Assembly: GCA_043804515.1 (NCBI GenBank) | Contig: JAZDIZ010000022.1 | Location: forward strand, 1 to 11,452 | Reading direction: 5' to 3' | Source: Pseudomonadota bacterium | GTDB lineage: Bacteria; Bdellovibrionota_G; JALEGL01; DATDPG01 | Length of the DNA: 11,452 nucleotides | Shown here: piece by piece, positions 1-7,477 of the stretch | How positions within the stretch are numbered: position 1 is the first letter of the stretch | Layout: the number at the start of each line of letters is the position of its first letter | The notes under the pieces: model-generated | What the model was told of the DNA's origin: nothing | Seen by the model: only the letters and a program-made list of their open reading frames with translations | Database searches by the model: none | Translations under genes and position numbers: made by a program

Positions 1-1
1 C

Positions 2-148
2 CTTCTCCAATACGATCACATGGGTCCCTTTTGCACAGGAGGAGCGTCCGACGAAGACAACATCCGGCACCTCTGCCGGGCTCACAATCAGTATTTCGCC
101 GTGAAGATGTTCCAGTCCGAGGCTGAATTCCTTCGGGAGAGGCTATGA
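2..148 (+). CDS. HNH endonuclease-domain protein, 3' end only (5'-truncated by window edge)
   Basis: Not in the supplied ORF track. Frame 2 reads LLQYDHMGPFCTGGASDEDNIRHLCRAHNQYFAVKMFQSEAEFLRERL* (TGA 146-148), matching the HNH pattern DH-x-x-P-x3-GG-x5-N-x3-LC-x2-HN. Confidence 0.8.
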   Translation, partial: LLQYDHMGPFCTGGASDEDNIRHLCRAHNQYFAVKMFQSEAEFLRERL

Positions 149-267
149 CGCCGGCATGACAACGGCGCCCCAGTCCCCTAAACAACTGCTGAAATCCTTC
201 CCGGGCCTTTCGGTCAACGTTGACGCTACTTCACCGGCAAGGCGCGCGAGTCCACCATCCCTAATCG

Positions 268-315
268 ACTTCCGATTCTGATCTCTGATTCCGGATTCCG
301 GTTTCTGGGTTCCGG
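268..315. repeat. Degenerate heptamer tandem repeat (about 7 units, consensus ATTCCGG/ATTCTG)
   Basis: ACTTCCG ATTCTG ATCTCTG ATTCCGG ATTCCGG TTTCTGG GTTCCGG read directly from the sequence. Confidence 0.65.
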
Positions 316-335
316 AGCTCCTTCTCTCCGAGGAT

Positions 336-364
336 TTTGGCTAATTCGCAGCCCGCGATATAGT
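336..364 (+). promoter_or_regulatory. Candidate sigma70-type promoter for tnaA
   Basis: TTGGCT (337-342), a 16-17 bp spacer, then TATAGT (359-364), ending 16 nt before the ATG at 381. Confidence 0.35.
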
Positions 365-380
365 GCCTGCCAACTGCACC

Positions 381-1757
381 ATGAAAACGATCATCGAGCC
401 TTTCCGAATCAAAATGGTGGAGCCGATCCGTCTCACGACCCGCGAGGAGCGGGAAGCGTATCTCAAAGAGGCGGATTACAACCTCTTCAACCTCCGGGCG
501 GAGAACGTCACGATCGATCTCCTGACCGACAGCGGTACGGGGGCCATGAGCGCCCGGCAGTGGGCCGGCATGATGGAGGGGGACGAATCGTATGCCGGGG
601 GGAAGAGCTTCTTCCGCTTCCAGCAGGTGTTCAGGGATTTGACGGGATTCAAGCACATCATCCCCACGCACCAGGGGAGGGCCTCGGAGAAGATCCTGTT
701 CTCGGTCATGGTGAGGGAAGGGCAGGCGGTTCCCAACAACACGCACTTCGATACGACCCGCGCGAACGTGGAACACCGCCAGGCCCGTGCGCTGGATTTC
801 GTCGTGGACGAGGCCCGGAACTTCGAGACCAATGAGCCCTTCAAAGGCAACATGGACGTGGCCAAGCTCCGCGCCTTCCTGGACCGGGCCAAACCGGGCG
901 AAGTCCCGCTCGTGATGATGACCGTCACGAACAATTCTTGGGGAGGCCAGCCGGTCTCGTTGGCCAACATCCGGGAAGTTTCCAAGCTCTGTCGGGAGCG
1001 GAAGATCCCGTTCTTCCTGGACGCCTGCCGATTCGCCGAGAACGCTTATTTTATCAAGATCCGGGAACAGGGGCAGCGGAACCGGTCCGTCCGCGACATC
1101 GCCAAGGAGATGTTCTCGTACGCGGACGGCTGCACGTTCAGCGCGAAGAAAGACGCGATCGCCAACATCGGCGGAATGCTCGCATTCAATGACGATACGA
1201 CGGCCATGCAGGCCCGGAACCTCCTGATTCTGACGGAAGGGTTTCCCACGTACGGCGGCCTCGCGGGACGGGACCTGGAGGCGATCGCCCAGGGGATCGA
1301 CGAGGTCTTGGACGAGGGTTACCTGGAGTACCGGGTCGTTTCGACGGCGTACCTAGGCGATCATCTGTCACAAGCCGGCGTTCCGGTACTGCACCCCATC
1401 GGCGGCCACGCCGTGTTTCTGAATGCGGGCGCCTTCGTTCCACACATTCCGCCGGGCCAATTTCCGGCGCAAACCGTGGTGTGCGCTCTGTACGTCGAGG
1501 GGGGAATCCGGGGCGTGGAGATCGGGACGCTGATGTTCGGGCGCACCGACCCCAAGACGGGAAAGCAAATTCCGGCCGAACAGGAATTGGTGAGGTTGGC
1601 GATTCCGAGGCGGACGTATACGCAAAGCCACGTGGATTACGTGATCGAAGCCATCATTGAGGTGCACAAGAACCGGGATCGGATCCGGGGCCTTAAACTC
1701 GTCGAAGAGCCGAAGGTGCTGCGGCACTTCACTGCGCGCCTCGCGCCGATTCAGTGA
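381..1757 (+). CDS. tnaA: Tryptophanase (tryptophan indole-lyase, PLP-dependent beta-eliminating lyase)
   Basis: N-terminus MKTIIEPFRIKMVEPI, IDLLTDSGT, GDESYAG, THQGR, PLP-lysine motif SAKKD. Specificity positions are tryptophanase-type rather than tyrosine phenol-lyase-type: FDTT (TPL has FTTT), VEIG (TPL has MERG), LRHFTAR (TPL has LRFFTAR). ATG 381 is preferred over GTG 363 because the family N-terminus begins there. Confidence 0.9.
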   Translation: MKTIIEPFRIKMVEPIRLTTREEREAYLKEADYNLFNLRAENVTIDLLTDSGTGAMSARQWAGMMEGDESYAGGKSFFRFQQVFRDLTGFKHIIPTHQGRASEKILFSVMVREGQAVPNNTHFDTTRANVEHRQARALDFVVDEARNFETNEPFKGNMDVAKLRAFLDRAKPGEVPLVMMTVTNNSWGGQPVSLANIREVSKLCRERKIPFFLDACRFAENAYFIKIREQGQRNRSVRDIAKEMFSYADGCTFSAKKDAIANIGGMLAFNDDTTAMQARNLLILTEGFPTYGGLAGRDLEAIAQGIDEVLDEGYLEYRVVSTAYLGDHLSQAGVPVLHPIGGHAVFLNAGAFVPHIPPGQFPAQTVVCALYVEGGIRGVEIGTLMFGRTDPKTGKQIPAEQELVRLAIPRRTYTQSHVDYVIEAIIEVHKNRDRIRGLKLVEEPKVLRHFTARLAPIQ

Positions 1758-1790
1758 TCCTTTCGGGAAGCCGGAGACCGTTAGCAGGAT

Positions 1791-2810
1791 TCAGGCAGCA
1801 GGGGAGGATTCGGCCGCCTCGGTGCCCGTGACCGGCGCGCCGGAAAAGAACGAAACCACCTCACCGCCCGTCATCTTCGAACGGAACATGCCGAGGTCGG
1901 CCTTTCCGATCAATTCCTCCGCGCCGCGGCCGTCGTCCGGAAACATGGCAACCCCCATGCTGAGCCCCACGCAGAGCTGCCTCTTTTCGAAATCGACGGG
2001 GAGCTGAATCTGCCGTTTGAGCTCCTCCGTCCAACGCTCCACGTCCTCCCTCCGCGCCACGTTCGAAAGCACCACCACGAATTCCTCACCTTCAAAACGT
2101 GCGACGATGTCGCTGGCGCGGATCGAACGGAGCAGGCGCTCCGACACCGCCCGGAGAACCGCGTCGCCGGCGAGTTTTCCGTACGCATCGGACAAGGGCT
2201 TGAAGCCTTCCAGATCCATTAAAAGGACGGCGAGTTTGGAATCGGAGCGCTCGGCCTGGGCCAGCGCTTTGGTCAGGTGATCCCTGAACAAATAGCGGTT
2301 GGGGAGGTCCGTGGCCTTGTCGTGGGTGGCGAGGTGCCGCTCACGTTCCGAAGCCGTCTCGGCTCGATCGAAATACTCGTGTCGCGTGAGGGCGAAATCG
2401 ATGATTCGGGTGAGGAGTCTGGACGTGAGGTCCTTCTTGAGGACGAAATCCTGCGCGCCGTTCCGGATGGCATCGAGAGCCAAGCTCTTATCGTCCACGT
2501 CGGTGACCACCACGACGGGAACGTCGGGGAAATCGCGGCGGAACCGAAGGAGGGTTTCGGAGCCCTGGGTTTCCTTCAGCATGAGGTCCAGGAGCACGAG
2601 ACCCACGTATCGGCCTTTGATGATGTGGGAGCCTTCTTTGAGGTCGCCGGCGCCGATCAATACATAGGGGTCCGGCAACTCGAAACACTCGGATGCCTTA
2701 CGTTTTCTTTCGTAGCAGGATTGAATGGAGAGAATGACGATTTTGTCGCGAATCGCCTTCCCGGGACCTGTGCGTCCCGCCTCCCTTGATTCAGACGCCA
2801 GTCGGCTCAA
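1791..2810 (-). CDS. Receiver (REC)-GGDEF domain protein with degenerate A-site (EGEEF) and intact RxxD I-site
   Basis: REC core LVLLDLML...PVVVVT...GAQDFVLK; linker ending ATHDKATDLPNRYLF; GGDEF fold motifs LLMDLEGFK, GDAVL, RASDIVARFEGEEF, SMGVAMFP, ADLGMFRSK. The TTG start at 2810 follows a GGGGG SD-like run; the exact start is uncertain. Confidence 0.85.
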   Translation of the reverse strand: MSRLASESREAGRTGPGKAIRDKIVILSIQSCYERKRKASECFELPDPYVLIGAGDLKEGSHIIKGRYVGLVLLDLMLKETQGSETLLRFRRDFPDVPVVVVTDVDDKSLALDAIRNGAQDFVLKKDLTSRLLTRIIDFALTRHEYFDRAETASERERHLATHDKATDLPNRYLFRDHLTKALAQAERSDSKLAVLLMDLEGFKPLSDAYGKLAGDAVLRAVSERLLRSIRASDIVARFEGEEFVVVLSNVARREDVERWTEELKRQIQLPVDFEKRQLCVGLSMGVAMFPDDGRGAEELIGKADLGMFRSKMTGGEVVSFFSGAPVTGTEAAESSPAA

Positions 2811-2981
2811 GCGCTTACACCCCCGTTCGCTTGCTCTTGTTGCATGATCCAGATTGATTTTCTTGTCAAGGTGTGCGGCTCTATGTCTTTGAGATGAAAG
2901 GAAATTTCAGAAACGATTTTCTTCACCTCGTCTAGATTTGATGCTTAAGTAACCGCCCTAAAGACACCAAGGAGAGCGCGC
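2811..2981. promoter_or_regulatory. AT-rich divergent promoter region between the REC-GGDEF gene and the cytochrome cluster
   Basis: Local drop in GC; perfect TTGACA on the minus strand (2869-2864); inverted repeats TTGA-N8-TCAA (2854-2869) and TGAAA-N5-TTTCA (2895-2909); SD AAGGAG upstream of ATG 2982. Confidence 0.55.
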
Positions 2982-4403
2982 ATGATCCGATGGTTCACCC
3001 GGTTTCTCGTGTTTCTGAGCCCAAATTGGATCGGCCTGGCCGGGACCGCACTGGCCACGGCAAGCGCACTCTGCTTTCTGGCCGCCATCGGGCTTCAGGC
3101 ACTGGTGGGTTCTTCCGACAATCCCTATGTGGGAATTCTGACTTACCTGATTCTTCCGGTCCTGTTCGTTCTGGGGCTTCTGCTGATCCCCGCAGCCCTT
3201 TGGCTCGAGCGCACACGGAGAAAAGGGGGAAGGAGGATCGCGGCTCCGTTCACCTGGTCGGCGATCGACTTCAATCAGCCGCGGAACCGGCGATTCCTCG
3301 CCATCTTGATGGGCCTGACGGTCGCGAACCTCCTGATCATCGCAATCGCCTCGTACAAGGGATTCCACGTCATGGAGTCCGTGAGGTTCTGCGGCACGAC
3401 GTGCCACACCGCGATGGAACCCGAATACACTTCGTATCTGGGATCCCCCCATGCCCACGTGAAGTGCGTCGAGTGCCATATCGGCGCCGGGGCCGGATGG
3501 TTCGTGAAGTCCAAGCTTTCGGGGTCCTGGCAGGTGATCGCGACCGTGTTTCGGATTTATCCCAGGCCGATCGCGTCGCCCGTGAAGAACCTGCGTCCGG
3601 CACGGGAAACGTGCGAGGAATGCCACTGGCCCGAGAGGTTCGAGGGGGACCGCCTCAAGATCATCTCCCGCTCCAAGAGCGACGAGAAAAACACGGAAAC
3701 GAAGACGGTTCTGCTTCTCAAGGTGGGGGGAATCCGGGGGATCCGGGCACAAGGGATTCATTGGCACGTGGATGCGCGGAATCGGATCCGGTATCTAGGG
3801 GACGAGAGCCGCAATACGATTTACGATGTCGAGTTAACGAAGGCGGACGGGTCGAAAGAAACGTTTGCGGGGGCCGAAAAACCGCCAGCCGGCCAAAAAA
3901 ACGGCTGGAGACAGTTCGATTGCATCGATTGCCACAACCGTCCCACGCACGTCTTCAGAATGCCGTTCGAAGAGGTGGATCTGGCGCTCCAATCCGGAGC
4001 GATCTCCAGGGCGCTTCCGTACGTTCGCCGCCAGGGAATCGAGTTGCTGAACACGGACTATCCGTCGCACGAGGAAGCCCGAAACCAGATCCGCATGCGG
4101 TTGGAGGATTTCTACCGGCAGAACTATCCCCAAGTCTTGTCTACAGAGAAAGACGCGATCGAGACCGCGGCGAACTCACTGGGTGATGCGTATTCCCGCA
4201 ACGTCTTCCCGTTCATGAAAGTGACGTGGGGAACGCACCCCAACCACCTTGGGCATGAGAATTATCCGGGATGCCAGCGTTGCCACGACGGCGACCACAA
4301 GACCGCCGCGGGGCACACGATTTCGGCGGACTGCGACACATGTCACGCGCTTCTGGCGCAGGAAGAAGAAAATCCTAAGATCCTTACCGAACTGCAGCCG
4401 TGA
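2982..4403 (+). CDS. Inner-membrane multiheme cytochrome c of the NapC/NirT superfamily, ImcH-like quinol dehydrogenase
   Basis: Three N-terminal hydrophobic segments including NPYVGILTY. Heme motifs CGTTCH (Cx3CH, followed by xxM), CVECH, CEECH, CIDCH, CQRCH, CDTCH. Family-like segments HAHVKCVECHIGAGAGWFVKSKLSG, LRPARETCEECHWP, GIHWH, DCIDCHNRPTH, NVFPFMKVTWGTHPNHLGH. 473 aa with an AAGGAG RBS. Confidence 0.85.
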   Translation: MIRWFTRFLVFLSPNWIGLAGTALATASALCFLAAIGLQALVGSSDNPYVGILTYLILPVLFVLGLLLIPAALWLERTRRKGGRRIAAPFTWSAIDFNQPRNRRFLAILMGLTVANLLIIAIASYKGFHVMESVRFCGTTCHTAMEPEYTSYLGSPHAHVKCVECHIGAGAGWFVKSKLSGSWQVIATVFRIYPRPIASPVKNLRPARETCEECHWPERFEGDRLKIISRSKSDEKNTETKTVLLLKVGGIRGIRAQGIHWHVDARNRIRYLGDESRNTIYDVELTKADGSKETFAGAEKPPAGQKNGWRQFDCIDCHNRPTHVFRMPFEEVDLALQSGAISRALPYVRRQGIELLNTDYPSHEEARNQIRMRLEDFYRQNYPQVLSTEKDAIETAANSLGDAYSRNVFPFMKVTWGTHPNHLGHENYPGCQRCHDGDHKTAAGHTISADCDTCHALLAQEEENPKILTELQP

Positions 4404-4421
4404 CGGAATCCATAGGCGAGA

Positions 4422-4503
4422 TCACGTGCAGGCCTTCCTGATGAAAGCGGGCGACAAACGGAACCCGGACCGCGGCCTAGAATCCAGGAAGGGGCCTGCG
4501 TGA
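4422..4503 (+). promoter_or_regulatory. Predicted RNA stem occluding the RBS and start codon of the downstream cytochrome gene
   Basis: GCAGGCCTTCCTG (4428-4440) is complementary to CAGGAAGGGGCCTGC (4485-4499) with a 2-nt bulge; TCAC (4422-4425) can extend pairing over GTGA (4500-4503). Confidence 0.45.
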
Positions 4504-7298
4504 CACGGATCCGGCGCTTATCCGCAGTGGCCCGGTTGATGCTCGCGGTCCTGGCGTTCGCATCGGGCCGGAGCGGTGCGGCTGAACCCCCGGCCTTGGC
4601 GGGCGCGGATGACTGTCTCTCGTGTCATGAAATCGGGATCCCCTCACCAAAGCGTGAGGCGGGCGTAGCTCCGCGTTTTTCCGCGGTCCATCTCCTGAAC
4701 TCGCCGCATGCCGGGGTCAACTGCACCGACTGTCACTCGGACATCACCGATTTTCCCCACAAGGACAAACTGGAGCCGGTCGATTGCGGGAAATGCCATA
4801 TCGATGCCGAGCGACAGTATCTGGAGAGTCTGCACGGGAAGGCCGCGAAGCGCGGTGACCCCCTGGCCCCCACCTGCAGAATCTGCCACGGCACCCACGG
4901 CATCCGGCGGAATTCCAACTTAAATTCGCCGACCAACACCGTGAACGTTCCCGCACTCTGCGGGCAGTGCCATCACGAGGGCTCCCCGGTCCAGAAAACC
5001 CACAAGATCCATCAGGACAAAATCCTGGAGAACTACAGCGAGAGCATTCATGGAGAAGGGTTGTTCACGAAGGGTCTGGCGGTCACGGCGGTGTGCACCA
5101 GCTGCCACACGGCACATTTCATCCTCCCCCACACGGATCCGCGCTCTTCGATCAACGCGAAGCAGATCGCGAAAACCTGCACAAAGTGCCACGTCCAGAT
5201 CGAGCGGGTCCACCGCAAGGTGATCAAAGGCGAGTTGTGGGAGAAAAAGCCTCACCTGATCCCGGCCTGCGTGGACTGCCATTCGCCTCATAAAATCCGG
5301 AAGGTGTTTTACACGCAGGGGATGGCCGACGCGGACTGTCTGCGATGTCATTCCCGGAAGGATCTTCGCTCCGCAAAGGGGCTCTCGGCCGGGGAGCTCT
5401 TTGTCGATCCGAAGGAATTGGGCGGGTCCCGCCACTCCCGGGTGGCCTGCGTCCAGTGCCACCAGGGCGGATCCCCCTCGCTTCTGCGCCCGTGTGCGAC
5501 GATAACGGGGAAAGTGGATTGTTCCGTCTGCCACAACGAGGCGGTGGAGGAATACGAGAAAAGCATCCACGGCACGCTCGCCAAAGATGGAAGTCCGGAT
5601 GCACCTCTTTGCGGTGACTGTCACGGAACACACGGAGTTCTAGGTAAGAACAATACGGATTCGCCCACCTTCGCGAGAAACGTCCCGAACCTTTGCGGCA
5701 AGTGCCACCGTCGGGGGGAAAAAGCGACCGTCCGCTACAAGGGATCCCAGGTGGACGTGGTCGAACACTACCGGGAATCGATTCACGGAAAGGGCCTCCT
5801 CGAAAGCGGTCTTACGGTCACGGCCACGTGCGCCAACTGTCACACGGCTCACGGCGAACGGCCGGTCAGCGACCCTCTCTCAAGCGTGAATCCGGCCAAT
5901 CTTCCGAAAACCTGCGCGCAGTGCCACCGCGGAATCTACGAACTCTTCGAAAAAAGCGTTCATTCACCTCTGGTGTCGAAATCGAAGAAACCTCTGCCCG
6001 CCTGCTCGGCTTGTCATTCCGCTCATACGATCGGAAGGACCGATCTCTCCGACTTCCGCCTGCACATCATGGACCAGTGCGGGAATTGTCATAAGGAGAT
6101 CGCAACAAATTACTTCGAGACTTACCACGGGAAGGTCTCGAAACTTGGGTATCTCAAGACGGCGAAATGCTACGATTGTCACGGCGCGCACGATATTCTC
6201 CCGACCTGGGATCCGAAATCCCACCTGAGCCGCGACAATATCGTGAAGACCTGCGCCCAGTGTCATTCGGGGGCGAACCGGCGTTTTGCCGGCTACCTGA
6301 CTCACGCCACACATCATGATCCGGACAAATACCCCTTCCTCTACTACACCTTCTGGGGGATGACATTTCTGCTGATCGGCACGCTCGTAGCAGCCGGATT
6401 GCACACAATTCTGTGGATCCCCCGTTCGATTCAGTTCCGTAGGGAACTCAAGAAAGAGCATGTCGAGGGCTCGTCGCGATACATCCGGAGGATGAGGCCG
6501 CTCTATTCCAAGCTTCATATTCTTGTGATCGTGAGTTTTCTCGCATTAGCGCTGACCGGAATGACACTGAAGTTCTCCTACACCGGTTGGGCCCGTTTCC
6601 TGGCGCATCTCTTCGGTGGCTTCGAGGCGGCCGGCATCATCCACCGGGTTGGCGCCCTCATCACGTTCTTCTACTTCGGTGCCCACCTCTGGGACCTCTT
6701 GAAACAGGTCCGCAAAAAGGAGGGAGGCATCAAGAGTTTGTTGTTCGGACCCCAGACGATGATCCCGACGAAACGGGATTTCCGGGAGTTCCTGGGCTCG
6801 ATGAAATGGTTCGTGGGTCTCGGCCCCCGGCCGATGTACGGGCGTTGGACATATTGGGAGAAATTCGACTACTTCGCCGTGTTCTGGGGGGTGGCGATCA
6901 TCGGTTCCACAGGCCTCATCCTGTGGTTTCCCGAGTTCTTCACCCATTTTATTCCGGGCTGGGTGATCAACGTCGCCACGATCGTCCACAGCGACGAGGC
7001 CTTGCTGGCGGTGGGCTTCATCTTCACGATTCACTTCTTCAATACGCATTTCCGCCCGGAAAAGTTCCCGATCGACACGGTCATCTTCACCGGGATGACG
7101 CCACTCGAGGAATTCAAAGCCGACCGCCCACGCGAGTACGAAGAACTCGCGGCATCCGGTCAACTGGAAGGCCGTCTCGAAGAAGCCCCCTCTCTTCAGG
7201 CCCAACGATTCTGGCGGATTTTCGGCTTTACGGCCCTTGGGATCGGTCTCGGCGTGATCGGCCTGATCGTCTACGCGATGCTGTTCGCCTACCGATAG
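4500..7298 (+). CDS. CbcL-like fusion: periplasmic 19-heme cytochrome c plus C-terminal membrane cytochrome b (FdnI/HydC-type) domain
   Basis: Sec-type signal peptide ([27 protein letters not shown]); 19 CxxCH motifs counted by hand; C-terminal ~310 aa with about 6 hydrophobic helices and candidate heme b histidines in [33 protein letters not shown]; also [21 protein letters not shown] start preceded by AGGAAGGGG. Confidence 0.88.
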   Translation: MTRIRRLSAVARLMLAVLAFASGRSGAAEPPALAGADDCLSCHEIGIPSPKREAGVAPRFSAVHLLNSPHAGVNCTDCHSDITDFPHKDKLEPVDCGKCHIDAERQYLESLHGKAAKRGDPLAPTCRICHGTHGIRRNSNLNSPTNTVNVPALCGQCHHEGSPVQKTHKIHQDKILENYSESIHGEGLFTKGLAVTAVCTSCHTAHFILPHTDPRSSINAKQIAKTCTKCHVQIERVHRKVIKGELWEKKPHLIPACVDCHSPHKIRKVFYTQGMADADCLRCHSRKDLRSAKGLSAGELFVDPKELGGSRHSRVACVQCHQGGSPSLLRPCATITGKVDCSVCHNEAVEEYEKSIHGTLAKDGSPDAPLCGDCHGTHGVLGKNNTDSPTFARNVPNLCGKCHRRGEKATVRYKGSQVDVVEHYRESIHGKGLLESGLTVTATCANCHTAHGERPVSDPLSSVNPANLPKTCAQCHRGIYELFEKSVHSPLVSKSKKPLPACSACHSAHTIGRTDLSDFRLHIMDQCGNCHKEIATNYFETYHGKVSKLGYLKTAKCYDCHGAHDILPTWDPKSHLSRDNIVKTCAQCHSGANRRFAGYLTHATHHDPDKYPFLYYTFWGMTFLLIGTLVAAGLHTILWIPRSIQFRRELKKEHVEGSSRYIRRMRPLYSKLHILVIVSFLALALTGMTLKFSYTGWARFLAHLFGGFEAAGIIHRVGALITFFYFGAHLWDLLKQVRKKEGGIKSLLFGPQTMIPTKRDFREFLGSMKWFVGLGPRPMYGRWTYWEKFDYFAVFWGVAIIGSTGLILWFPEFFTHFIPGWVINVATIVHSDEALLAVGFIFTIHFFNTHFRPEKFPIDTVIFTGMTPLEEFKADRPREYEELAASGQLEGRLEEAPSLQAQRFWRIFGFTALGIGLGVIGLIVYAMLFAYR

Positions 7299-7385
7299 TG
7301 TCCCGTGGCGTCCAGGGTGGCCCGGAGCGGGTCAGGAGGGTCTTTTCTCGAATCGCGGATCGGAATGGCCCGCCCTAGAAATACG

Positions 7386-7414
7386 TTGAAAAAGGCGGAG
7401 GGTTTGGTAAAAAT
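7386..7414 (+). promoter_or_regulatory. Candidate sigma70-type promoter for the monoheme cytochrome c gene
   Basis: TTGAAA (7386-7391), a 16-17 bp spacer, then TGG-TAAAAAT (extended -10-like, 7405-7414). Confidence 0.4.
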
Positions 7415-7477
7415 TTCGCGCTTCGGACCGCAATCCGAAAAAAGAATCAATAAATCTTGATGGAGAGGACCTTGAAC

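Noticed and set aside
156..281. 41-aa ORF (MTTAPQ...SLIDFRF) as a TnaC-like leader peptide
   Set aside because: It has no Trp and no terminal Pro, both essential in TnaC; the IDFRF/VDHRP likeness is superficial and there is no good RBS.
381..1757. Tyrosine phenol-lyase instead of tryptophanase
   Set aside because: All three diagnostic positions (FDTT, EIG, RHFT) are tryptophanase-type.
1758..1790. Bidirectional terminator between tnaA and the REC-GGDEF gene
   Set aside because: Only a 3-4 bp stem is possible and there is no U-tract on either strand.
2155..2200. Hypr-type GGDEF (cGAMP synthase like Geobacter GacA)
   Set aside because: Hypr enzymes have Ser/Thr in place of the Asp of GHxxGD; this protein keeps Asp (AGD) and its catalytic motif is degenerate.
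2854..2869. Canonical FNR/CRP box
   Set aside because: The spacer between TTGA and TCAA is 8 bp rather than 6; kept only as an unassigned inverted repeat.
4438..4465. Hammerhead ribozyme (CTGATGA core) or c-di-GMP-I riboswitch
   Set aside because: No stem II followed by GAAA in the hammerhead arrangement, and only scattered similarity to the GEMM consensus; not supportable without a covariance search.
4401..4500. Read-through fusion of the two large cytochromes (same reading frame), or Sec/Pyl recoding
   Set aside because: Two different stops intervene (TGA 4401-4403 and TAG 4413-4415), and the second gene has its own RBS and signal peptide.
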